Assembly (NCBI GenBank): GCA_046754105.1
Contig: JBHHVD010000006.1
Span: 1 to 52,904, forward strand
Origin: Candidatus Krumholzibacteriia bacterium
Lineage (GTDB): Bacteria; Krumholzibacteriota; Krumholzibacteriia; WVZY01
Reading direction: 5' to 3'
DNA: 52,904 nt
Of this stretch, positions 28,275 through 39,225 are shown piece after piece; position 1 is the first letter of the stretch; every line of letters starts with the position of its first letter. The notes beneath the pieces were generated by a model. The model was not told the DNA's origin, made no database searches, and saw only the letters and a list, made by a program, of their open reading frames with translations. A program made the translations under genes and the position numbers.

Positions 28275-29280
28275 GGTTGTTCACGAGTCCTCTGAAACGC
28301 TCTTCGATATGGTCGTTGATTTCGTAAGTGACGTAGCGCTGCGCCATGAGGATGGCGTTCTTGATCGCCTTGACAGAGCTACTGCCGTGACCGATGATCA
28401 CAACTCCGTTTATGCCGAGCAGGGGCGCCCCTCCGTATTCCGCGTAATCGAGTCTCGACCGGAAAGCCGAGAACGCCCGTTTCAAGAGCAGCGCGGCCAG
28501 CACGGACAGCCTTCGTTTCTTTAGCTCTTCCCTGAAGACGTGGCTGATAAACGAACTCACGCTCTCGCTGAACTTGAGAACGATATTGCCGACAAAGCCG
28601 TCGCACACCACGACATCGACCGTGTTGGCAAAAACGTCCTTGCCCTCCACGTTGCCGACAAAATTGAGGTCGCCACGCTGCAAGAGCTGGTACGCGTCGC
28701 GGACGACATCGGTGCCCTTGCTGGCCTCCTCACCAATGTTCAGCAACCCTACCCGTGGACTTTCTATGCCGAACTGGTACTCGGAGAACACGGAACCCAT
28801 GATTCCGAACTGCAGAAGGTTCTTTGGAGTGCATACCGTGTTGGCACCGATATCGAGCACCACCGTCCAGCGCCGGGTCGTGGTCGGGTAGAACGTGGTT
28901 ATCGCCGGTCTCGATACCCCGTGCAGGCGGCCGAGCGTGACCAGCGAACCCGCGACCACCGCACCGGTGTTCCCCGCGCTGACCAGCGCATCCGCTTCAC
29001 CGCTCTTGTGCATCCTCATCGCCACGGCGATAGACGAATCCTTCTTCTTGCGTATGGCGTTGGCGGGAGGTTCGGACATCCCTATGATCTCGGATGCGTG
29101 AACCACGTCGATATTGGCGGGGCGCGACCGGGTCTTGTTCAGAACGGATTCCACGCGTTTGCGATCACCGACGAGGACGATTCTGAGATTCTTGCGGTCG
29201 AGCCTGGCGGCCTCGATCGCGCCCTTGGCAATGACCTCGGGTCCTCTATCACCGCCCATGGCGTCGACAGCGATCCTCAC
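28258..29280 (-). CDS. plsX: Phosphate acyltransferase
   Basis: RIAVDAMGGD, SAGNTGA, LNIGEE..KG, VVVCDGFVGN, GGAPLLG; GTG start at 29280 with GAGGTG SD. Confidence 0.97.
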   Translation of the reverse strand: MRIAVDAMGGDRGPEVIAKGAIEAARLDRKNLRIVLVGDRKRVESVLNKTRSRPANIDVVHASEIIGMSEPPANAIRKKKDSSIAVAMRMHKSGEADALVSAGNTGAVVAGSLVTLGRLHGVSRPAITTFYPTTTRRWTVVLDIGANTVCTPKNLLQFGIMGSVFSEYQFGIESPRVGLLNIGEEASKGTDVVRDAYQLLQRGDLNFVGNVEGKDVFANTVDVVVCDGFVGNIVLKFSESVSSFISHVFREELKKRRLSVLAALLLKRAFSAFRSRLDYAEYGGAPLLGINGVVIIGHGSSSVKAIKNAILMAQRYVTYEINDHIEERFRGLVNNLAKVH

Positions 29281-29293
29281 GCGGTCACCTCTT

Positions 29294-29479
29294 TTAGAGT
29301 TGCTCTTCGACTTTGATAACCTCACGCCCGCCGTAGTAGCCACAGTTGGAGCAAACCGTGTGCGGTTGCTTGTTCTGGTGGCACCGAGAGCACCGTGTCA
29401 GGTTCGGCGCGCTCAGTTTCCAGTGGCTTCTCCTCTTGTTCTTGCGGGCTTTCGAAGTCTTTCTCTTGGGTACAGCCAT
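29294..29479 (-). CDS. rpmF: 50S ribosomal protein L32 (Zn-ribbon form)
   Basis: [19 protein letters not shown], CxxC..CxxCGYY. Confidence 0.97.
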   Translation of the reverse strand: MAVPKRKTSKARKNKRRSHWKLSAPNLTRCSRCHQNKQPHTVCSNCGYYGGREVIKVEEQL

Positions 29480-29496
29480 TTGTCACTCCTCGGTAA

Positions 29497-30015
29497 TTAT
29501 GACGAATCCTCCAGGTCTGTCAGCTTACGAAGCGCATCCCACCGCGAATCGGCAGGCCCATCGCAAACGCATTCCTCGCGATTGAGATTCCTGCCGCATC
29601 CGGAGCAAAGTCCGCGGCAGCCCTCGCCGCAGCAAATCTGCATCGGTATGTTTACGATCAGGTTTTCGTAGATGTACGGGTCCAGCGATAATTCGGTCTG
29701 CCCCGCCGGGAGCCGGATAAAATCACCATCGGCGGCAGGCCCTTCCGGCTCTCCTCTGGCTACAGATCGCTGCACAACCAGCCCGAAGGATGGATTCAGC
29801 TCAAAGCGGGTAGATTCCAGGCACCTGTGACAGGCGGTCGAAAACGTGCCCGTCAGGTTTATTTCGATATAATAGGTTTCTCCGTTCCTGCGAACGCTGA
29901 GTTCGACGTGACAGTCGATCCGGTTCTCATCGCCGGCAGCGTCGCGAAACCCCACGACCTCGCGGCCCTCGATCCGCTCGCTTCCCGTCGACACCTTGTC
30001 GAGATCGAGGATCAT
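29497..30015 (-). CDS. yceD: YceD/DUF177 family protein
   Basis: CHRCL, C..GCRGLCSGCGRNLN..C.C, DSRWDAL; directly upstream of rpmF. Confidence 0.92.
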   Translation of the reverse strand: MILDLDKVSTGSERIEGREVVGFRDAAGDENRIDCHVELSVRRNGETYYIEINLTGTFSTACHRCLESTRFELNPSFGLVVQRSVARGEPEGPAADGDFIRLPAGQTELSLDPYIYENLIVNIPMQICCGEGCRGLCSGCGRNLNREECVCDGPADSRWDALRKLTDLEDSS

Positions 30016-30060
30016 TGCGCCACTCCCCATATGGTGCTCGGGAACGCTGTCGAACCGAAT

Positions 30061-30462
30061 TTAGGAGTGCCCGAAGACGATTGCAAGCTCTTTTTTCGCC
30101 GATTCGGGCGAGTCCGAAGCGTGGACAGCGTTGTTCTGAATCGATTTACCGTACATGTAGCGGACGGTTCCCGGAAGCGCATCGAGGGGATTGGTCGGGC
30201 CGATAAAGGTCCGAATTCTCTCGACCACCCCCTCCCCCTCGATCTCCATCGCGACCACCGGCCCACTGGTCATGTACTCCATCAGCGCCGGGTAGAAGTC
30301 GCGTTCCTTGTGAACCTCGTAGAACCGCGCTGCCGTATCCCGGTCCATCGCCAGCACACGCAACTTATTGATATTGAATCGATTACGTAAGACAAAAGCG
30401 ATGATCTCGCCATGGAGCCGCTGCTCGACCATGTCGGGCTTGATCATCAATAGTGTTTTCAT
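30061..30462 (-). CDS. ndk: Nucleoside diphosphate kinase
   Basis: TLLMIKPD, SGPVVAM, PGTVR, NAVHASDS. Confidence 0.97.
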   Translation of the reverse strand: MKTLLMIKPDMVEQRLHGEIIAFVLRNRFNINKLRVLAMDRDTAARFYEVHKERDFYPALMEYMTSGPVVAMEIEGEGVVERIRTFIGPTNPLDALPGTVRYMYGKSIQNNAVHASDSPESAKKELAIVFGHS

Positions 30463-30491
30463 CGCCACTCCCTCACTCCCGCGCGCAGCGG

Positions 30492-31379
30492 TCAGTTTGC
30501 CAGGCCGGGGGCGGCCTGCTCCATGAGTTTCGTAATCTCCGATGGGACGCGGGCCACGGGGACACCCGCCTTTTCGAACGCCACCATCTTCTCGCGGGCG
30601 GTGCCGGCCCCGCCGGAAACGATGGCTCCGGCGTGGCCCATGCGCTTTCCCTCAGGGGCCGTCTGACCGGCGATGAAGGCCACCACGGGCTTCGTCATAT
30701 GCCCGGAGATAAACTCCGCCGCCTCCTGTTCGTCGGTTCCCCCAATCTCCCCGATCAGTGCCACGGCGCGGGTTTCTTCGTCCTTTTCGAACCGCTCCAG
30801 CGTATCGACGAAGTTTGTTCCGATCAGCGGGTCGCCACCGATACCGATGCACGTCGACTGCCCGAAACCATTCGCCGTCAGCTGGAAAACGACCTCGTAG
30901 GTGAGCGTCCCGCTCCGCGACACCACGCCCACCGCACCGGGCTTGAAGATGCTCGCCGGCAGGATCCCCACCTTGACCTTATGACCCGGTGCGGTCAGCC
31001 CGGGACAGTTGGGGCCGACGAGGCGGCAGCCGCGCTCCTGCAGGTACGGCAGGGCCCTCGCCATATCGGTCACCGGAACGCCCTCGGTGATGCAAACGAC
31101 CAGCGATACACCGGCCTCGGCCGCCTCGCATATGGCATCCGCCGCGAAAGGCGCCCGCACGTAGATCACCGAAGTATTGGACCCCGTCGCGTCCACCGCC
31201 GCCTTGACCGTATCGAAGATCGGAACCCGGTCCTCGAAGCGGCCGCCCCCCTTGCCCGGCGTCACGCCGGCCACGACGTCGGTGCCGTACTCGAGCATCT
31301 GAAGGGTATGAAAAGAGCCGTCACGGCCCGTGATTCCCTGGACCACCAGTTTCGTATTGTCGTTGATTAGAATACTCAC
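30492..31379 (-). CDS. sucD: Succinyl-CoA ligase alpha subunit
   Basis: [36 protein letters not shown]. Confidence 0.97.
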   Translation of the reverse strand: MSILINDNTKLVVQGITGRDGSFHTLQMLEYGTDVVAGVTPGKGGGRFEDRVPIFDTVKAAVDATGSNTSVIYVRAPFAADAICEAAEAGVSLVVCITEGVPVTDMARALPYLQERGCRLVGPNCPGLTAPGHKVKVGILPASIFKPGAVGVVSRSGTLTYEVVFQLTANGFGQSTCIGIGGDPLIGTNFVDTLERFEKDEETRAVALIGEIGGTDEQEAAEFISGHMTKPVVAFIAGQTAPEGKRMGHAGAIVSGGAGTAREKMVAFEKAGVPVARVPSEITKLMEQAAPGLAN

Positions 31380-31404
31380 CGATCACTCCTCCCCCTGCAT
31401 GCGT

Positions 31405-32535
31405 CTAGCCGGCCAGCTCGATCGCCTTCGTAACACCTTCGTCCATCGTGGACGCGGCGGTCAGATTCATTTCCGAGAGAATCTCCTTGGCTTCGGCCTC
31501 GTTGGTCCCCGTCAGCCGCACGACGACCGGCAGTTCGAGGTTCATGTGCTCGAACGCGCTGACCAGTCCGCGAGCGACGTCGTCGCAACGCGTGATGCCA
31601 CCGAAGATATTGATAAAGATCGACTTGACGCTCGGGTCGCTCAGGATGATATTGAGCGCCGTCACCACTTTGTCCGGGTTCGAGCTGCCGCCGATGTCGA
31701 GAAAGTTCGCCGGTTCCCCACCGCAGGTTTTGACCAGATCCATCGTCGCCATGGCCAGCCCGGCGCCGTTGACAATGCAGCCGACGTTTCCCTGGAGACG
31801 GACGAAGGAGAGCCCCATCTTGCGGGCCTCGACCTCACCGGGGTCTTCGGCGGACAGGTCACGCATCTCCTCGATGGCGCGTTGCCGGTAGAGCGCGTTA
31901 TCGTCGACGTTGACCTTGGCGTCGATCGCGACCACTTCACCGGCCGGCGTCACGACCAGCGGATTGATTTCGGCCAGACTCGCGTCGTTGCGAACGAAAG
32001 CGCGGTACAGTTTCTCTATTATTGAGGCGATTTGCTTTACGACGGCAAAATCGTCGTGAAGCGCCGCGGCCAGCGCACGGCTCTGGAACGGCATCACCCC
32101 GTAGAGCGGGTCCACCGCCAGCCGGTGGATCGCCTCCGGGTTCTCCCGGGCGACCTGTTCGATCTCGACCCCACCGGCAGCGGAAGCCATGATGAGCGGG
32201 CGCTGGGTGCCGCGATCCATGATCACCGCGACGTAAATCTCCGTGGCAATATCCACGGCTTCCGTCACCAGCACTTTTTTTACGGTGAGGCCCTTGATGT
32301 TCATGCCCAGGATTGCCTCGGCGTGCCGTTCAGCCTCGTCGGCGTCCCGGGCGAGTTTGACACCCCCGGCCTTGCCCCGCCCCCCGACGAGTACTTGCGA
32401 CTTGACGACCACCGGCACGGCGTACTCGCTCGCCAGGTTGCGAGCCGACGCGGCGTCTTCCGCCACTTCGCCCCGTGGGACGGGTATCCCCTCCCTGCGG
32501 AACAACTCCTTCGCCTGGTATTCATGTATCTTCAT
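31405..32535 (-). CDS. sucC: Succinyl-CoA ligase beta subunit
   Basis: MKIHEYQAK, GGRGKAGGV, EINPL, NGAGLAMATMD, NFLDIGG, NIFGGITRCD. Confidence 0.97.
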   Translation of the reverse strand: MKIHEYQAKELFRREGIPVPRGEVAEDAASARNLASEYAVPVVVKSQVLVGGRGKAGGVKLARDADEAERHAEAILGMNIKGLTVKKVLVTEAVDIATEIYVAVIMDRGTQRPLIMASAAGGVEIEQVARENPEAIHRLAVDPLYGVMPFQSRALAAALHDDFAVVKQIASIIEKLYRAFVRNDASLAEINPLVVTPAGEVVAIDAKVNVDDNALYRQRAIEEMRDLSAEDPGEVEARKMGLSFVRLQGNVGCIVNGAGLAMATMDLVKTCGGEPANFLDIGGSSNPDKVVTALNIILSDPSVKSIFINIFGGITRCDDVARGLVSAFEHMNLELPVVVRLTGTNEAEAKEILSEMNLTAASTMDEGVTKAIELAG

Positions 32536-32569
32536 GCGATGTACCCCTCCCCGTCCGGCGACAGCGGAC

Positions 32570-33901
32570 TCATTTCACCCTGGCGCCAATGTGCGTGTCC
32601 AGCAGGACCCCGAGCTTCGGTGGTCCCTGTTCCTCCAGATGATAACCTACCCGCAGATACGGCGTAGTGAAAGCGGCGATGCGCCCCAGGTCGATTGGGG
32701 TGCCGACGAGCACCAGATCCGCCCCGGATGCGTCGATGGTCGACTTGAGATCCGCGATTTGGCCGTCTCCGTACCCCATGGCGGGGAGCAGTTGCCCGAT
32801 ATCGGGGTAGGTCTCGAACGTCTTCTTGATGGTACCCACGGCGAAGGGCCTCGGATCGATAATCTGCGCGGCTCCGTTTGCGCGCGCGGCCACCACGGCC
32901 GCGCCGTATTTCATTTCGCCGTGCGTGAGCGTCGGGCCGTCCTCCACACAGAGGACACGCTTGCCTTTGATCTGCGAAGGCTCGCCCTCGACGGTGATGG
33001 GTGAGGCGGCGTGGATTACGACCGCGGTCGGGTTGCGGTCTTTGATATTGCCAAGCACCACGTCAATCCCCGCCTGTTCCGCCGTGTTGACTTTGTTCAA
33101 GATAACCGCGTCCGCCCGGTACAGGTTGATTTCGCCGGGGTAGTAGCGGACCTCGTGCCCGGGACGATGCGGGTCCGCGACGGTAAGCCATAGATCCGGT
33201 TTGTAAAACGGCAGATCGTTGTTGCCGCCGTCCCACAACACCACGTCGGCGTCCTTCTCGGCTTCCTTGAGAATGAGAGCGTAGTCTACACCGGCAAAGA
33301 CCACGTTACCGGCAGCGATGTGGTGCTCGTACTCCTCGCGTTCCTCGATAGTGCAATCGTGTGCGTCCATGTCTTCCACCGACGCGAATCGCTGCACCGC
33401 CTGCTTGGCGAGATCGCCGTAGGGCATCGGATGTCGTACGACGGCGACCCGGTGGCCCTTCTCGCGCAGAATCTCGGAGACACGACGCGTCGTCTGGCTC
33501 TTGCCGCTACCCGTGCGCACGGCACACACAGCCACCACCGGTTTGGCGCTCGGCAGCATCGTCGCTTCGGCTCCGATCAGTTTGAAATCGACTCCGAGCG
33601 AGTTGACCAGCGCCGAACGCTGCATGACGTATTCGTAGGACACGTCGCTGTACGAGAAGACCGCCGTGTCGACCTTTTGCTCTCCCAGGAACGTCTCCAG
33701 CTCGCTCTCGGCGACAATAGGGATCCCGTTCGGGTACAGGCCGCCCGCCAGCTGGGCGGGGTACACCCTGCCCTCTATATTCGGTATCTGGGTGGCGCTG
33801 AACGCCACGACCTCCACGGCGGGTTCATTGCGATAAAGGGTGTTGAAGTTGTGAAAGTCTCTTCCCGCCGCACCCATGATAAGGATTCTCTCTTTGCTCA
33901 T
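32570..33901 (-). CDS. COG2403 P-loop ligase (cyclic 2,3-diphosphoglycerate synthetase-like; probable arginine synthetase ArcE-type)
   Basis: GAAGRDFHNFN, ATQIPNIEGR.YP, AVRTGSGKSQT, RHPMPYGDL, CTIEEREEYE, WDGGNND, EDGPTLTHG, LPAMGY. Confidence 0.85.
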   Translation of the reverse strand: MSKERILIMGAAGRDFHNFNTLYRNEPAVEVVAFSATQIPNIEGRVYPAQLAGGLYPNGIPIVAESELETFLGEQKVDTAVFSYSDVSYEYVMQRSALVNSLGVDFKLIGAEATMLPSAKPVVAVCAVRTGSGKSQTTRRVSEILREKGHRVAVVRHPMPYGDLAKQAVQRFASVEDMDAHDCTIEEREEYEHHIAAGNVVFAGVDYALILKEAEKDADVVLWDGGNNDLPFYKPDLWLTVADPHRPGHEVRYYPGEINLYRADAVILNKVNTAEQAGIDVVLGNIKDRNPTAVVIHAASPITVEGEPSQIKGKRVLCVEDGPTLTHGEMKYGAAVVAARANGAAQIIDPRPFAVGTIKKTFETYPDIGQLLPAMGYGDGQIADLKSTIDASGADLVLVGTPIDLGRIAAFTTPYLRVGYHLEEQGPPKLGVLLDTHIGARVK

Positions 33902-33975
33902 CGATACCTTCCTTTACAGTCACCCGGGAAAGCGCTGTTGATGTCTCTGTTGACGATTCGCGTACGGCACCCCGA

Positions 33976-34452
33976 TCAGCCGTCCGCCTCCGAGATTCGG
34001 CGCACGATGCGCCGTGTCGAATGTCCGCGTTTCATGCGCACCCGCACCACGGCCCCGCCGCTGTCGCGCACGAACGACGCTCCGACGATGTTCCCCTCCT
34101 CGTACTCGTCACCCTTCACCAGCACGTCGGGCCTGACCTCGTGAATGGTTTCGAGCGGCGTGTCTTCCGGGAACACCGTCACGTAATCTACCCAGCGCAG
34201 CGCCAGCAGCAACTCGGCACGCTCCTCCGCCGGGTAGATCGGCCGGTCGTTCCCCTTGAGGCGTCGCACGGACGCATCATCGTTGATCGCGACCACGAGC
34301 GCATCACCGCGGGACGCCGCTTCCGAGAGCAGGCGGATGTGCCCCGGATGAAGCAGGTCGAAACAACCGTTCGTAAAAACGATTCGGCGGCCGTCGCCGC
34401 GGAGCGACTCACAGGTCGACCGCAATTGCCCTCGTGGGATCACATTTTCCAT
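33976..34452 (-). CDS. rfaE2: D-glycero-beta-D-manno-heptose 1-phosphate adenylyltransferase (HldE domain II)
   Basis: VFTNGCFDLLHPGH, SVRRLKG..RP, RPDVLVKG. Confidence 0.93.
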   Translation of the reverse strand: MENVIPRGQLRSTCESLRGDGRRIVFTNGCFDLLHPGHIRLLSEAASRGDALVVAINDDASVRRLKGNDRPIYPAEERAELLLALRWVDYVTVFPEDTPLETIHEVRPDVLVKGDEYEEGNIVGASFVRDSGGAVVRVRMKRGHSTRRIVRRISEADG

Positions 34453-34482
34453 TTATTACACGAGAATAGCGCTATAACGTTT

Positions 34483-35472
34483 CTATGAAAAAGAATTTAA
34501 CAAACTCGATGCGGTAATGGCCGTGGTGCCGATTTCCTTCACGACCTCACCGGCCGCCTGGTTCGCCACCACCACCGCTTCGACCAGGGGCACACCGCAT
34601 GCCATCGCCGCCGCAAGAACGCTGATCACCGTGTCCCCGGCACCCGTGACGTCGTAGACTTCCTTGGCGACCGTCGGGATCTGTACCTGCTCGTTTCCGC
34701 CGAGAAACAGGCTCATCCCCTCTTCCCCCCTCGTGATCAACAGGGCGTCGAGCGAGAGTTCATCGCGAATGCGAAACCCCAGCCTCGAGAAAAGTTCTTC
34801 CCGCCCGGTGGCCGCATCGAAAAAGCTCGCCGCCTCCCTGGTGTTCGGCGTCACGATGCTCGCGCCGGAGTACCAGCGGAAATGGCGCACGAACGGGTCC
34901 ACGAGGACCGGTTTGCCCCCGGCGCGCCAGGCTTCGATCACCTCGCACAGGCCATCCCGGTGAATGACCCCTTTTCCATAGTCCGAAATGACGAGCGCGT
35001 CACACTCCTTCACCTGCCGCCGGAGGTTGCTCTTGACGGTCGCACGCCGCTTCCGTGCGTCCCCGCCGTGTTCGAAGTCCGCGCGCACGACCTGCTGGTT
35101 CTGGGCGATAATGCGGACCTTTTCCGTCGTCTCCCCGCCTTCGCGCACTTCGACGGCAGCGGTGTCGATCCCCTGGGCCTGCAGTAGTTCCACAACTTCG
35201 CTACCCGCGCGGTCGTCGCCGACCACACCCGCAAGTTCCACGCCGACGCCCAGCGAGCGCAGATTGGCCGCCACGTTCGCCGCACCACCCAGGCGGGCGC
35301 TCTTGCGGCTGACTCTTACGACCGGAACCGGGGCCTCCGGGGAGATGCGCTCGACTTCGCCCCAGAAATAGCGGTCGAGCATGATGTCGCCCAGCACGCG
35401 GATGCGAGCCGACTCGAACCTGCTGATATAGGCCTCCACCTGGGCCCGGGTCAATCCGATCTGTGACATCAT
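34483..35472 (-). CDS. rfaE1: D-glycero-beta-D-manno-heptose-7-phosphate kinase (HldE domain I)
   Basis: GDIMLDRY, RISPEAPVPVV, GGAANVA, SDYGKG, DVTGAGDTV. Confidence 0.94.
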   Translation of the reverse strand: MMSQIGLTRAQVEAYISRFESARIRVLGDIMLDRYFWGEVERISPEAPVPVVRVSRKSARLGGAANVAANLRSLGVGVELAGVVGDDRAGSEVVELLQAQGIDTAAVEVREGGETTEKVRIIAQNQQVVRADFEHGGDARKRRATVKSNLRRQVKECDALVISDYGKGVIHRDGLCEVIEAWRAGGKPVLVDPFVRHFRWYSGASIVTPNTREAASFFDAATGREELFSRLGFRIRDELSLDALLITRGEEGMSLFLGGNEQVQIPTVAKEVYDVTGAGDTVISVLAAAMACGVPLVEAVVVANQAAGEVVKEIGTTAITASSLLNSFS

Positions 35473-35570
35473 GGGACGTGGTCCGGTTTTGACAAAAAAT
35501 TTAGAGCCCTCTGCGTGAGGAACTCCTGGGGCAGGCAACGTTGCGCCGTCCGCGGGTAACTCGAAGAGGA

Positions 35571-35662
35571 AACGTAACATGCAGGGATAAGCGGTGTCAA
35601 GGGCTTTGCGTGTCCCGGGTAGCGTTCACGTCTTGTCTCGAGCCGCCCGCCTGTGGTAGATT
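35571..35662. promoter_or_regulatory. Divergent sigma70-like promoters for rfaE1 and the DUF3467 gene
   Basis: Minus: TTGACA-N18-TACGTT (35600-35571). Plus: TTGTCT-N18-TAGATT (35633-35662). Both carry a TG extension. Confidence 0.5.
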
Positions 35663-35705
35663 GCAGCATTTGAGAGAGCGGCCAACGGGCAGGAAGGGTT
35701 CATCC

Positions 35706-36032
35706 ATGAACGCGAATCAGACCGTCAATATCGAAATCGGCGACAAGGAGTGGGAGGGTATCTACTCCAATTTTGTTATCATCACTCATTCCAACGCGGA
35801 GTTCATCATCGACTTCGCCCGGTTGCTGCCGGGCGCAAAACGCGCGAAGATATTCTCACGGATCCTCATGACGCCGCAGAGCGCCAAGGCTCTGATGAGC
35901 GCTCTCGAAACCAATATCCAGAAATTCGAGAAGGAGCACGGCAAGATCCCCCTGGCCCCGACCGACCCGAACAGGGCAAGCATCGGCTTCCAGACGAGTA
36001 CGGGCAACGAAACCCGGAACAAGGATCAGTGA
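35706..36032 (+). CDS. DUF3467-like protein
   Basis: GIYSNFVIITHS.AEFIIDF..SRILMTPQ.AK.L..AL..NI..FE..HG.I; AGGAAGG SD. Confidence 0.85.
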   Translation: MNANQTVNIEIGDKEWEGIYSNFVIITHSNAEFIIDFARLLPGAKRAKIFSRILMTPQSAKALMSALETNIQKFEKEHGKIPLAPTDPNRASIGFQTSTGNETRNKDQ

Positions 36033-36943
36033 GCCGTACCTTCTGGTTTCGTTTTCCAACGGCGGTGTGTCCAGAAATAGAGTTCCGGATGCCGGCGCAC
36101 CACTTCCTCCAGGCGAGTGGTGAAGCGCTGGGTCAACTCCCGAACAGCCTCCTGCCGGCCGAGGCCGGGCTGCGGCCACATGGGCGCCTCGAATACCGCC
36201 CGGTGGCGGTCCACCCCCTCGCGAACCAGGAAGGCGGGAATGACCGGGCAACCGTGACGGACGGCGAACGTCGCCGGTCCCCGCAGGGTCGACGCGGGTT
36301 TGCCGAGAAAATCCACGAAAATACCGGCGCTGCGGGCGTCCTGGTCAGCAAGGTAGGCGATGAACTGGTTGTCACGGAGCAGGCGCAGCAGGTACCTCGC
36401 CGGCTGCGGCGGCGAGATGATCCTGATACCCTGCGCGGTTCGCAACTCGGAAATGACACGATGAACCCGTTTGTTGCTGTGGTCCGTATCGGTCACGTGC
36501 AGCGGGTATCCGCAACGGGCGACCGTAGCCCCCAGAAGCTCCCAGTTGCCGAAATGGCCGGTAAAAATGATGGCCCCCTTGCCGCGAGCGAGCGCCTCGT
36601 CAAGATGCTCGAGACCCTTGACCGTGACCATCTCGAACAGCTTCTCCGCTGTGATGCGCTTGAACGCGGCCAATTCCATAATGAGACGTCCAAAGTTCCG
36701 GTACGATTCCACCGCGATGTCCGCGAGGCGCCGTTCGTCCGCGAACTCGATCGAAGTGCGCAAGTTTTCCAGGACGATACGCCGCCGGATTCGAACCACC
36801 CTGAACGCGACCCAGCCGAGTCCCGACCCAAACCGCAGCAGCAGCTTCAACGGCACGTACTTCGACATCCACACCAGCCATCGGACCAGAACGTACTCGA
36901 GGTAGTACTGGATGCGCTTTCGCGGAGACAGTCTGCGGGTCAT
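36026..36943 (-). CDS. Lipid A acyltransferase (LpxL/HtrB family)
   Basis: GHFGNWEL, LADQD, FVDFLG, C-terminal HPELYFWTHRRWK. Confidence 0.9.
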   Translation of the reverse strand: MTRRLSPRKRIQYYLEYVLVRWLVWMSKYVPLKLLLRFGSGLGWVAFRVVRIRRRIVLENLRTSIEFADERRLADIAVESYRNFGRLIMELAAFKRITAEKLFEMVTVKGLEHLDEALARGKGAIIFTGHFGNWELLGATVARCGYPLHVTDTDHSNKRVHRVISELRTAQGIRIISPPQPARYLLRLLRDNQFIAYLADQDARSAGIFVDFLGKPASTLRGPATFAVRHGCPVIPAFLVREGVDRHRAVFEAPMWPQPGLGRQEAVRELTQRFTTRLEEVVRRHPELYFWTHRRWKTKPEGTAH

Positions 36944-37010
36944 ATCGCAAGCGGACGTTCGCTGCAGCGGCCACCGGCGTCCGCGCCGGGTGCGGCGAGT
37001 TTTCGACGGA

Positions 37011-38114
37011 TCAAGGCTGAGTTCTATAATACATCCCCAGAGCGTCGCGGGCAACGGCACCGCGGATCTCCAGTTCGAGCAGGAGGCTCTGCACTCGCGC
37101 GACGTCGGTGTTCAAACGGCGCGCGACGGCGTCCGGTTCCGTCGGACTTCCACCGAGCGCGTCCAGGACGGCGGCTTCCTCGGTACCGAGGTCCGTGTCC
37201 GCTGTACGGATCCGCTGTGGATACGCGCGATCGCTTTTTTCCACCGCGGGGTGCAGGCGCGGCGCGGCTTCGAGGATATCTTCCACGCCCTCGACCGGAA
37301 ACGCCCCTGTCTTCAGCAGGGCGTTCACGCCGTGGCTTCGAGGGTCTCCGGGGAAACCCGGAACCACGCCGACCTCGCGACCCTGTTCCAGCGCCCAGCG
37401 CGCGGTGATCAGGGCGCCGCTGCGGCGTCCCGCTTCCACGACGACGACCGCGTGCGACAGCGCGCTGATCAAACGGTTGCGCTGGGGAAACGCGTGCCGG
37501 AGCGGCGGCGTCCCCATGATCTGCTCCCCGAGCACGCAAGCGCGCCGCGCGATCGTTTCCAGCAGCGGCGCATTCTCCGGCGGGTACGGGACGTCGAGCC
37601 CGCTACCCACCACGCCCACGGTGATGCCGTCCCTCGCCAACGCGCCGCGGTGCGCCGCGGTGTCGATTCCCCGCGCCACACCACTCACCACCGCGATGTC
37701 GAGCTCCACGAGGTCGCGGGCCAGCGCCGCCGCGAAGTCGCAGGCTCTCGCCGTGGGGTTTCGGGTGCCCACGATGGCGACGCCCCGCTGGTGCAGGCAC
37801 GAGAGCTCTCCCCGGTAGAAGAGGATTGGCGGCGCCCGGGCGATGTCGCGCAGGTAGGCCGGATAGCGGCCGTCCAGGAACGTGACGGCACGCACGCCGT
37901 GCCGCTTCATCGAACGCAGTTGAGCGTCGAAGGCCTTCCATGGAACCTCCCCCACGACCCTGCCGACGGCGAACGACAGTTCCTTCCTCCCCGGGGCGGA
38001 CCGCAGCTTGCGGAACACCTCCACGTGGTCCCTGGGAAGCCGGTAGCAATCGACCGGCCCCGTCCCCTCGGCGAGAAGAAACGCCAGCACCGTATGATAC
38101 GTCTCCACATCCAC
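37011..38114 (-). CDS. dprA: DNA-processing protein DprA
   Basis: VAIVGTR, VVSGVARGID.AAH, FPQRNRLIS, VVVEA..SGALITA, C-terminal winged helix LLELEIRG. Confidence 0.96.
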   Translation of the reverse strand: MDVETYHTVLAFLLAEGTGPVDCYRLPRDHVEVFRKLRSAPGRKELSFAVGRVVGEVPWKAFDAQLRSMKRHGVRAVTFLDGRYPAYLRDIARAPPILFYRGELSCLHQRGVAIVGTRNPTARACDFAAALARDLVELDIAVVSGVARGIDTAAHRGALARDGITVGVVGSGLDVPYPPENAPLLETIARRACVLGEQIMGTPPLRHAFPQRNRLISALSHAVVVVEAGRRSGALITARWALEQGREVGVVPGFPGDPRSHGVNALLKTGAFPVEGVEDILEAAPRLHPAVEKSDRAYPQRIRTADTDLGTEEAAVLDALGGSPTEPDAVARRLNTDVARVQSLLLELEIRGAVARDALGMYYRTQP

Positions 38115-38130
38115 CCCCCCCGCGCGCTAC

Positions 38131-39221
<1,091 letters not shown>

Positions 39222-39225
39222 TTCC

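Noticed and set aside
33976..35472. HldE split into two genes as a possible pseudogene or frameshift
   Set aside because: Separate rfaE1 and rfaE2 genes are common, and both have intact motifs.
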